From contig REDP01000237.1 of assembly GCA_007693455.1 (NCBI GenBank), forward strand, positions 1-48,858: DNA of 48,858 nucleotides. The letters are read 5' to 3'. The notes below the pieces were generated by a model. The model had not been told where the DNA came from, searched no databases, and worked only from the letters and a program-made list of their open reading frames with translations. The stretch's first letter is position 1. Every line of letters starts with the position of its first letter. The DNA is from Planctomycetota bacterium. GTDB taxonomy: Bacteria; Planctomycetota; UBA11346. Position numbers and translations under genes: made by a program. Shown here piece by piece: positions 9,124-17,296 of the stretch.

Positions 9124-9405
9124 ATGGATCGTAAACGCGTTGCCGATGAGGTCATTGAACTACTGTGTGCAAAACTGCTCACCCTGCCACTACCCGTTGA
9201 TGATCCAGATTTCGACTACGAAGGCCAGCAACTGTGCCCCGATATTACGGACAACGAACTTGATATCGCCGAAGTAGCCATGGACCTTGAAGACGCCTTT
9301 GATATTCAATTCAAAGGCACCCTGCCTGGCGGAGAAGAGCTCCCCACCATCGGCGATGTCATTACCTTTATCTACGACCGAGTGAACAGCCCCGACGCTG
9401 TGTAA
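9124..9405 (+). CDS. ACP-like protein lacking the phosphopantetheinylation serine
   Basis: TDNELDIAEVAMDLEDAFDI aligns with acpP GADSLDIAEIMMDLEDAFGI; PTIGDVITFI aligns with KTIGDIISYI. Confidence 0.8.
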   Translation: MDRKRVADEVIELLCAKLLTLPLPVDDPDFDYEGQQLCPDITDNELDIAEVAMDLEDAFDIQFKGTLPGGEELPTIGDVITFIYDRVNSPDAV

Positions 9406-9652
9406 ACGATCGTGCCCTAAGGGCCCCGCACCATACGCGGCAGACGCTCGCGCTTACGCACCAGGGCAACTCAAAGCTCACCTTGGAATTTACGACACCA
9501 TTCCTGCCATGATCTGGCGCGGATTGCGGCCCGCGAGGAGTGCAACCGACATAGCCGGAGCGCCCTTTCACGGCACGTTTTGCATCACTTTGGCTCGGGT
9601 CCAACCCGCAAGCCGGGGCTTGGCTTTGCCGGGCACGATCTACACTACCTCC

Positions 9653-12106
9653 ATGAATGATTTCTCCCAAGAACACGGCCCCTCCAATGGTAATGCTGGG
9701 GACTACGATGCCGAATCGATCAAAGTCCTTGAAGGCATGGAAGCGGTGCGTAAACGCCCAGGTATGTATATCGGCGACCCCTCTACTACGGGGCTGTACC
9801 AATGCATTTGGGAGGCAGTAGACAACTCCATTGATGAGGCTATGGCCGGTTTTTGTGATCGAGTCGTGATCACCATCCATGCTGATAATTCTATCTCCGT
9901 GGCGGATAATGGTCGTGGTATCCCAGTTACTGCCCACTCCTCTTCCGGCAAGCCTACCTTGGAAGTAGTGCTCACAGTGCTCCACGCTGGCGGCAAATTT
10001 GAGAACAATGCCTATAAAGTTTCTGGTGGACTGCATGGGGTAGGGGTGAGCTGCGTAAATGGGGTGAGCCAGTGGATGACGGCAGAAGTGCGCCGTGATG
10101 GTCGTAAATGGCGCATGCGCTTTGAGCGTGGCCATACCGTTGGTCAGCTTGAAGACTGCGGCCCCTGCGACGAGCGCGGAACCACCATTCACTTTAAACC
10201 CGATCATGAAATTTTTGAAGACAACACCATTGTCAACTATGACACCGTTGCCAGCCGCCTACGCGAGCTCTCCTTCCTTAATCGCGGGGTGCGCATTACC
10301 CTGGACGACGAGCGCGAAGAAGGCCGTGCCGAAGTATTCTATCACGCCGATGGTTTAGCAGGCTTTGTCAAATACCTGGATCGCGGCAAGGAGGCCATTC
10401 ACCCCAAGGTCATCCATTTTGAACATATCACTGATGACGGCGTTAACGTTGAAGTCGCCATGGAATATAACGATAGCTACGATGACCGTTGGCTGGCCTT
10501 TGCCAACAATATCCGCAATCGTGATGGCGGCACCCACGTAGAAGGTTTCCGCACCGCACTCACCCGCGTATTCAATACCTATGCCAAAACTAATAAGCTC
10601 CTCAAGGGCGACCGCGCTCCTACCGGTGATGACCTCCGCGAAGGACTCACCGCAATCATTTCGGTAAAACTCCCTGATCCAAAATTTAGCGGGCAAACCA
10701 AAGATAAGCTGATCAATTCTGAGATATCGGGCTTGGTACAAACCGCCGTTACTCAACATTTAGGTGACTATCTCGAAGAAAATCCTCGGGTCGCCAAAGG
10801 CATTATCAATAAAGCGGTTCTCGCCCAGGTGGCACGTGATGCCGCCCGCAAAGCGCGCGAACTGGCACGCAAAGACCGTAAGGGCCTACTGGGCGCATCC
10901 AATATGCCAGACAAACTACGTGACTGTCAAACGCGAGATGTCAATGAAAGTGAGATTTTCCTGGTAGAAGGTGACTCCGCCGGTGGCTCTGCCAAACAGG
11001 GATCGGATCAATACTTCCAGGCCATTCTGCCCCTTAAAGGCAAAATTATTAATGTCGAAAAAGCTCGCATTGATAAAGTGCTCTCGCATACAGAAATTAG
11101 CGCAATGATCCAGGCCCTCGGTGTAGGCATTGGCGAGGAACTCAATCCTGCCGGTCTGCGGTATGGCAAAATAATTATTATGACCGACGCCGACGTGGAC
11201 GGCTCTCATATTCGCACCCTGCTCTTAACCTTTTTCTTCCGGCAAATGCTGCCGCTGATTGAAAATGGTAATGTCTATGTGGCCCAACCACCACTGTTCA
11301 AAGTTACGCGTGGTCGCGCATCCGAGTACGTGTACAATGAAAAGACTCTGGCCACAGAGATCAAGCGTCTGGGCATTGAATCCTGCCATCTCATTGATCG
11401 TCACCTGGGCATGGAGCGGGAGGTGAAGGGTCCAGCCTTGGTAACCCTTATCGAATGCCTTGATGCCTTTGACGAACATGAACGCGTGCTTGCACTTAAA
11501 GGGCTTACCCTGGAGGAATATCTGGGCCTGCGCAATGCCGAGGACATTCTGCCCTTATATCGGGTTATTTTGGGCGAACACGATCGCTTCTGCTACAACG
11601 ACAACGAGCTTGATGCCATCACCCGCGAACACCCAGAACTCTTTATGTCGGATCAAGACGATGCCGGCGAGCGTGCCTCAGCGGAAATTGTTGAGTTCAC
11701 CGAGCGCGAGGACATCGAGCGCAGCCTCGATCAATTGCGCATGCTTGGGGCCAATCCCAGCTACCTCTTTGACGATAGCGCTGAACGGGTTGATCCCTTT
11801 GTGGTACGCGGTAACAAAAATGAGGTGACCCTTACCTGTCTGCGTGATATTCCAGCAGTGGTCAAAGATTTTGGCGCCAAGCAACTTACTGGCCTAACTC
11901 GCTATAAAGGTCTTGGTGAAATGAACCCCGATCAACTGTGGGAAACCACAATGGATCCTGACCGACGGCGCCTGAAAAAAGTCACCCTTTCCGATGCCCT
12001 GGAAGCAGAGCGCATGTTCTCCACCCTTATGGGTTCTGATGTGGCTGTCCGCCGTGACTTTATCGAGCGTTTTGCCTTAAGCGTGGCCAAGAAGCTTGAT
12101 GTCTAG
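9653..12106 (+). CDS. gyrB: DNA gyrase subunit B
   Basis: YDAESIKVLEGMEAVRKRPGMYIG, DNGRGIP, SGGLHGVGVS, VEGDSAGGSAKQG, IMTDADVDG, RYKGLGEMNPDQLWETTM; includes the TOPRIM insertion. Confidence 0.97.
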   Translation: MNDFSQEHGPSNGNAGDYDAESIKVLEGMEAVRKRPGMYIGDPSTTGLYQCIWEAVDNSIDEAMAGFCDRVVITIHADNSISVADNGRGIPVTAHSSSGKPTLEVVLTVLHAGGKFENNAYKVSGGLHGVGVSCVNGVSQWMTAEVRRDGRKWRMRFERGHTVGQLEDCGPCDERGTTIHFKPDHEIFEDNTIVNYDTVASRLRELSFLNRGVRITLDDEREEGRAEVFYHADGLAGFVKYLDRGKEAIHPKVIHFEHITDDGVNVEVAMEYNDSYDDRWLAFANNIRNRDGGTHVEGFRTALTRVFNTYAKTNKLLKGDRAPTGDDLREGLTAIISVKLPDPKFSGQTKDKLINSEISGLVQTAVTQHLGDYLEENPRVAKGIINKAVLAQVARDAARKARELARKDRKGLLGASNMPDKLRDCQTRDVNESEIFLVEGDSAGGSAKQGSDQYFQAILPLKGKIINVEKARIDKVLSHTEISAMIQALGVGIGEELNPAGLRYGKIIIMTDADVDGSHIRTLLLTFFFRQMLPLIENGNVYVAQPPLFKVTRGRASEYVYNEKTLATEIKRLGIESCHLIDRHLGMEREVKGPALVTLIECLDAFDEHERVLALKGLTLEEYLGLRNAEDILPLYRVILGEHDRFCYNDNELDAITREHPELFMSDQDDAGERASAEIVEFTEREDIERSLDQLRMLGANPSYLFDDSAERVDPFVVRGNKNEVTLTCLRDIPAVVKDFGAKQLTGLTRYKGLGEMNPDQLWETTMDPDRRRLKKVTLSDALEAERMFSTLMGSDVAVRRDFIERFALSVAKKLDV

Positions 12107-13061
12107 GGTTGACTCGGTATTGCTCTGCGGCTTTGGCGGTCCCACCCCAGGATGCTGCGGGCGGCGCATTGATTGCCCCCAACAGGGCGATGGTTTCGAG
12201 GCCGACTGTTTTGTGCGCAAGATCCTTGGCGATGATCCCAATCAAGAATCGCGGGTACTGGAGGTGGTAGAACACTATCGTCATTTCGGCGGCTACAGCC
12301 CCTACAATGATCGCAGTGAAGCCCAGCGCAGCGCATTAGAAAGCACCTTAGCCCAGCGCGGCATGCCCCTACGGGTTGCCTTGGGCTTTCGCAATTGGCC
12401 CCCCTGGTACAGTCACGGGCTTGAACAGCTGCATCAGGCAGGCTGCCGCAATACCATACTCTCCATCCTTGCCCCCCATCAGGGCAAGCGCAGTTGGGAT
12501 GATTATATTGACGAAGCCCATGCTGCCCGGGCGGCGATGCCCCACGGCCCAACCCTGACTGGGGTGGCGGCTCCACTCTATGACCACAGTGATTTTATCG
12601 GCGCGCTGGCGGAACGGGTCAACGCTGCGGCGCAGCAATTGAGTGGCGATGACTGGGCCCTGGTCATGACCGCGCATGCCATTCCGCAGCCCGCCGAACG
12701 AGGCCAATACCGCCCGCAGGTAGAACACACCGCCGATCTTCTACGCCGCCAGTTCCCCCATCGCCCCTGGTATCTTGGCTTCCAATCAGCCCCCAGCTCC
12801 AGTCGTATCCCTTGGTCGCAACCAGTGGTGGAAGACTGCCTGAGCGACTGTGCTCGCGACGGTATTCGCCGAGTTGTGGTTATTGCCATAGGCTTTCTCG
12901 TCGACCACATAGAAGTCCGCTTCGACCTGGACGTTGAGCTTGCCGAACATGCCCAACACCTTGGCCTGGAGTATCAACGTGCCCGCTGCGTGGAAGATCA
13001 CCCGCGATGTATAAGCGCCATGGCCGATCAGATTATTGCCGCCATGCAAGATCATCCTTAG
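12099..13061 (+). CDS. hemH: Ferrochelatase (actinobacterial CpfC/HemH-like)
   Basis: GFGGP, HYRHFGGYSPYN, FRNWPP, MTAHAIP, FQS..PW..P, GFLVDHIEVRFDLD; overlaps the gyrB end. Confidence 0.9.
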   Translation: MSRVDSVLLCGFGGPTPGCCGRRIDCPQQGDGFEADCFVRKILGDDPNQESRVLEVVEHYRHFGGYSPYNDRSEAQRSALESTLAQRGMPLRVALGFRNWPPWYSHGLEQLHQAGCRNTILSILAPHQGKRSWDDYIDEAHAARAAMPHGPTLTGVAAPLYDHSDFIGALAERVNAAAQQLSGDDWALVMTAHAIPQPAERGQYRPQVEHTADLLRRQFPHRPWYLGFQSAPSSSRIPWSQPVVEDCLSDCARDGIRRVVVIAIGFLVDHIEVRFDLDVELAEHAQHLGLEYQRARCVEDHPRCISAMADQIIAAMQDHP

Positions 13062-13726
13062 CGACGCCAACGACGACTTGCAAAGTGTAGCACCGAACGT
13101 GCATCGCCATCTTCGGGCTCCCGCACGGCAGCACTGCCGTGACCATCCAAAAACAGCACCGTCGTCCGACCCCCATGGCGTTCGAAATCAACGCCCGATG
13201 GCACCAGATGACCCCATTGCCCCATGCCCGTTTCCCCCGCCACTGCATTGGCAAAAAGCACCACTTCATGGGCATCGGGAATGCCCATGGCCGTGGGATG
13301 ACGCCGTCGCCCACCGCGACTCAGCGCGTCGTTCATCTTATAACTTTTGGGAGAGGCGTTGGTGAATATTTCTGGATCACGCCACTGGTAACTGGGGCTT
13401 TGAAATACCGTATTACGGCCGCGAGTGTCTGGACGATCCACATAGCTGGGCAGGCGATAAAACCAGGCGGGAGATTGATCGGGATCCGTAATGCCATGAT
13501 TGCGGCTCGCCGGATAACGTCCGCCATGATCATCGGCATACATCCCTGCCGCCATCCCCACTTGGCGCAAATTGGAGAGACAAGCCGTCAGGACTGCCGA
13601 ACGACGAACACCGCCAACCACTGAAAGCAACAGAGATCCCAGTATCCCAATGATCGCCACCACTACCATTAACTCTGCCAAGGTCATGCCGCGGCAGGAG
13701 TCCTGACGCCTTTGCCACATGATCAC
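13058..13726 (-). CDS. Prepilin-type N-methylation / H-X9-DG domain protein (DUF1559-like)
   Basis: RGMTLAELMVVVAIIGILGSLLL; CLSNLRQVGMA; RHGGRTTVLFLDGH (H-X9-DG). Confidence 0.88.
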   Translation of the reverse strand: MIMWQRRQDSCRGMTLAELMVVVAIIGILGSLLLSVVGGVRRSAVLTACLSNLRQVGMAAGMYADDHGGRYPASRNHGITDPDQSPAWFYRLPSYVDRPDTRGRNTVFQSPSYQWRDPEIFTNASPKSYKMNDALSRGGRRRHPTAMGIPDAHEVVLFANAVAGETGMGQWGHLVPSGVDFERHGGRTTVLFLDGHGSAAVREPEDGDARSVLHFASRRWRR

Positions 13727-14556
13727 GCTTCCCCTGGGGGATCTCGGCGCGGAGGCTCTGCCTGCTGATCGCTTGCGGCTGATGGAGCTGGTGTGTCCGC
13801 TAGTTCTGATTCGTCCGGTGCTCCTGTTTCCTCCGGCGCCTCTGGCGCGGCGGCATCGCTGCGCTGTGCTGGGGCTGGAACAACCGCGGCTTCTTGTCCC
13901 GAAACATAGGCCGTGGCAAGGGCCTGTACTGCTGTCGCTGCGGCTTCGGTTTCACGGCTGGCATAGCGCTGGGGAATCATTCTTCCTCGCAAGGCGGCAT
14001 CGGCTTGCACACAGAGATCTTCCACAGGCAGATAGACACGGCGCACCAAATACCACCCCATGGCCGCACTGAGGGCGAGAATTGCCGTTGCCACCAAGGC
14101 AATCCAATTACGCCCCTCTTCCAAAGTGCGCCGAGCTTCGGCGTACAAAAGATGCTTGAAGGAGCCATCTTCATCGAGCTGCGCCACTGCCGCGCGCACC
14201 TGCCCACCACGGCCCTGCCAAACTTGAGGGAGGGTTACCGCATCGTAGAGCTGGGGATCGGGGTTAAGGATATCCATATCTACTTCACCGTGAATATCTC
14301 GTGGTGTCAACCCGCCCTCGGCATCAATCAGCACGCGCTGCACGCCTGTCCAAGAGCCTGGACCTGCATACACCTGACCGGGATGAGCGGCATGGGCCGC
14401 GTGGGCCTGCAAGACTTCCTGCAGACCTTGAGCATAGACGTCACGATGGGCAGCGCCAATGCGATCCCCCAAGAGTAGGAGGAGCACAGCCGCCAGCACC
14501 CCTGGAACACAGCCAGCCAACCAACAGTTTAGGCGCAAGCCTCGCAAAGACAGCAT
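13723..14556 (-). CDS. Two-TM membrane protein with extracytoplasmic domain, HAMP-like linker and disordered tail
   Basis: Strong RBS GAGGAGGAGG before ATG 14556; TM1 CWLAGCVPGVLAAVLLLLLG; TM2 WIALVATAILALSAAMGWYL; then RRVYLPVEDL...ETEAAATAVQAL. Confidence 0.7.
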   Translation of the reverse strand: MLSLRGLRLNCWLAGCVPGVLAAVLLLLLGDRIGAAHRDVYAQGLQEVLQAHAAHAAHPGQVYAGPGSWTGVQRVLIDAEGGLTPRDIHGEVDMDILNPDPQLYDAVTLPQVWQGRGGQVRAAVAQLDEDGSFKHLLYAEARRTLEEGRNWIALVATAILALSAAMGWYLVRRVYLPVEDLCVQADAALRGRMIPQRYASRETEAAATAVQALATAYVSGQEAAVVPAPAQRSDAAAPEAPEETGAPDESELADTPAPSAASDQQAEPPRRDPPGEA

Positions 14557-14784
14557 CTTACCTCCTCCTCCCAACACCATCAGGAGCTTAAAGCTCTGTC
14601 CTACAATACCACCCCCAAAAGGCCAACAATCCCGGGCGGCTTCTATCGTATCAGGAAAGGGAATGCAGACCTTGCAGACCAAGATCCTCAGCGCACAAAG
14701 CGCCCTTTTCACGGCGTTTTGTGGCTGATTCGGAGCTCGACACTCGCAAAGATACGCTTTTTTGCATACTGGCCTGAGCCCCCC

Positions 14785-14812
14785 TTGTCTTGACAGATGT
14801 TTCTATTAGAGT
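14785..14812 (+). promoter_or_regulatory. Candidate sigma-70 promoter of the IclR gene (leaderless type)
   Basis: TTGTCT(14785-14790)-N16-TAGAGT(14807-14812)-N7-ATG; overlapped by the imperfect palindrome GTTTCTATTAGAGTAAC. Confidence 0.4.
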
Positions 14813-14819
14813 AACGACT

Positions 14820-15416
14820 ATGAGCTCGCAACCCAATTCATCCATCGCCCATGGCCTTGGCCTCCTCGCCCATATCGCCCTGGCGGGGAAGGCCGTAGGC
14901 TGTCGGCCACTGGCGCGCGAGGTGGGCATGAATGCCGTGCGCTGCAATCGTCTGCTGAAAAGCTTGGCTATGGCAGGCTACCTTGAACAAGATCAGCGCC
15001 GCCGCTACCGCCCAGGCCCAGCCTTTCAGGTGTTGGCGGCCGCAGCGCTCCATGGTTCGCCATTACTGCGTCAGGGCACGCCGCTCCTGCAGAAATTGGC
15101 GCTGGAAAGCGGATACACCGTAGCCCTGGGAATAGTTTGGGATACACGCGTGGTGTATCTGTGGCATGGGGGACAAGTCGGGGCCAGTGCACCCTACCCC
15201 GCAGAAGACTCCTCCATTGGCCGTCTTTTTGCCGACCCCAGCGCCCAGTCGGCAAGCGTCATTCATCACAACCATCGCTCACTGGCGGTGCCTCTTCCCG
15301 ACTCCAGCGCGATGGGCCTGGCTCTGACCCATATCCCCCTGGACGCAGCCCTTCCACCCCTGCGCCACCTTCTGCATCAATACGCCAAACGTTTCAGTGA
15401 GCTCAACCATGAATGA
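14820..15416 (+). CDS. IclR-family transcriptional regulator (short)
   Basis: NSSIAHGLGLL...LAREVGMNAVRCNRLLKSLAMAGYLEQD...RYRPGP; TVALGI..VVYL; SSIGR. Confidence 0.85.
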   Translation: MSSQPNSSIAHGLGLLAHIALAGKAVGCRPLAREVGMNAVRCNRLLKSLAMAGYLEQDQRRRYRPGPAFQVLAAAALHGSPLLRQGTPLLQKLALESGYTVALGIVWDTRVVYLWHGGQVGASAPYPAEDSSIGRLFADPSAQSASVIHHNHRSLAVPLPDSSAMGLALTHIPLDAALPPLRHLLHQYAKRFSELNHE

Positions 15417-17274
15417 ATCCCTCCGCTGCACCAGTGAACAGATCAGTGAAAACGCCTTTCCCCATGAACAGCATGACGCCGATGTCTGTGTGGTTGGCGG
15501 GGGCATGGCTGGCATCTGCGCCGCCTTGGCGGCGGCACGGGCCGGAGCGCGCACCGTTTTAATTCAGGATCGTTCCATGCTGGGCGGGAATGCCTCATCA
15601 GAAATCCGTATGTGGATCTGTGGGGCGCATGGACCCGATTACAAAGAGGGGGGGATTCTTGAGGAATTGCAATTAGCCAACATTCTTCACAACCCTGGCT
15701 TACAGTATTCCCTTTGGGACGCGGTGCTCTACGATGCAGTGCGTCGCTGCGATGGCCTACAGACCATCCTCTCGTGCACCGTATGCGGGGTTGCTATGGA
15801 CCAGGGCCGTCTGCAGTCCGTGCGCGCCTGGCACCTGACCCGCCAGTGCTGGATTACCGTTACCGCCCAGCAGTTTATCGACTGCTCGGGCGATAGCGTA
15901 CTGCGTGCAAGTGGGGCAGCCATGCGTCGGGGACGAGAGGGACGCGATGAATTTCAGGAAAGCCTTGCCCCCGAAAAGGCCGATCGCCAGACCATGGGGA
16001 ACTCTATTCTTTTGCAACTGCGCCGCAGTAACCCATCCCATCACCGCCCCTTTCGCGCCCCGCCCTGGGCTCGTGAGATTGCCCCCGATCATCCACGCTA
16101 TGCTCATCTTACCCCCAGTGGACATAATTTTTGGTGGCTCGAACTGGGTGGCCAGGACGATACCGTTGGCCAAGCCGATGCCATCCGCGATGAACTTATG
16201 GCCCTGGCCTTGGGAGTGTGGGCCACCATAAAAAATCATCCTGATGGGCGTGGCCATGGCTGGAAACTGGAATGGGTAGGAAGCCTCCCGGGCAAACGTG
16301 AGAGCTTTCGCTATGTGGGTGCTCATACCCTCACCGAGCACGAAGTGGCCAGTGGTGGCAATTTTCCCGATCGCATTGCCTACGGCGGCTGGAGCATGGA
16401 CGACCACCCCCCTGGCGGCTTTGATCATCGCGGCGACCCCACCCAATTCCATGCCGCCCCATCCCCTTACGGCATCCCTGCGGGAATCCTCTATAGTAGT
16501 CAGGTGCCCAATCTGTGGTGCGCCGGACGCAATATAAGCGCAACCCATATGGCCCTCTCCAGCACCCGCGTCATGGCCACCTGTGCCATGCTGGGACAGG
16601 CCGCTGGCAATGGCGCCGCCTTGGCGGTAGCGGCCGCATGTGATGCCGCCGAGGTTCATACCAAGCAGCTCCATCGCTGGCAAAATATCCTTATGGACAG
16701 CGATCAGTGGCTTCCAGGGTTTACCAAAGCCTTGCCTGGGCTCACCCAAACAGCCCAACTCTCCAGCAGTGCTTCTGATGAGTGCGAAGTCCTGCGCGAC
16801 GGCATCGAACGCCGCCTTGATGGCCATCGCCATGCCCTCGACTGCCAAGCAGGCGACTGGGTGGAGTTACGCTGGGATAGCCCCCAGGACCTGCAGCGCC
16901 TGCGCGTGGTGGGGGACAGTCAACTTCATCGCCCCAAGCGTATGCCTTGCTCGCGGCCCGATGACGATCATCACGAGGCCATGCCTGCCCCCCTCTGGCG
17001 TCATGCTCGTATTTGCATCCAGGAAGATCCGCAAGGGTCATGGCATACCATAGCCGAGATCTGCGATAATAGCCAGCGCTGCCGTATCGTTCCCCTGCGC
17101 AGGCGTGCCTGCGCCCTGCGCTTTCACATCCTTGCTGGGTGGACTGAAGAGGGACCCATACGCCTGCATGCTTTAGAAGTAGGCGAGCCAGACTGGGACC
17201 AGGCACCCCAGCCCTGCCCCTGGCCAGAGCCCTTCTACCAGCACGGCAAGCCAGGACGGGGACCAGCAGCCTAA
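15409..17274 (+). CDS. FAD-dependent oxidoreductase (FAD_oxidored-like) with C-terminal beta-sandwich domain
   Basis: DVCVVGGGMAGICAA, LGGNASSEIR, FIDCSGD, LPGKRES, GGWSMDDH, AGRNISATHMALSSTRVMATC; overlaps the IclR gene end. Confidence 0.9.
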   Translation: MNESLRCTSEQISENAFPHEQHDADVCVVGGGMAGICAALAAARAGARTVLIQDRSMLGGNASSEIRMWICGAHGPDYKEGGILEELQLANILHNPGLQYSLWDAVLYDAVRRCDGLQTILSCTVCGVAMDQGRLQSVRAWHLTRQCWITVTAQQFIDCSGDSVLRASGAAMRRGREGRDEFQESLAPEKADRQTMGNSILLQLRRSNPSHHRPFRAPPWAREIAPDHPRYAHLTPSGHNFWWLELGGQDDTVGQADAIRDELMALALGVWATIKNHPDGRGHGWKLEWVGSLPGKRESFRYVGAHTLTEHEVASGGNFPDRIAYGGWSMDDHPPGGFDHRGDPTQFHAAPSPYGIPAGILYSSQVPNLWCAGRNISATHMALSSTRVMATCAMLGQAAGNGAALAVAAACDAAEVHTKQLHRWQNILMDSDQWLPGFTKALPGLTQTAQLSSSASDECEVLRDGIERRLDGHRHALDCQAGDWVELRWDSPQDLQRLRVVGDSQLHRPKRMPCSRPDDDHHEAMPAPLWRHARICIQEDPQGSWHTIAEICDNSQRCRIVPLRRRACALRFHILAGWTEEGPIRLHALEVGEPDWDQAPQPCPWPEPFYQHGKPGRGPAA

Positions 17275-17296
17275 CGTTTGAGTAAAACGTCATCCG

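Noticed and set aside
9653-12106. gyrB without gyrA, and ruvA without ruvB, as anomalies
   Set aside because: Split arrangements are common in bacteria; the partners are probably elsewhere in the genome
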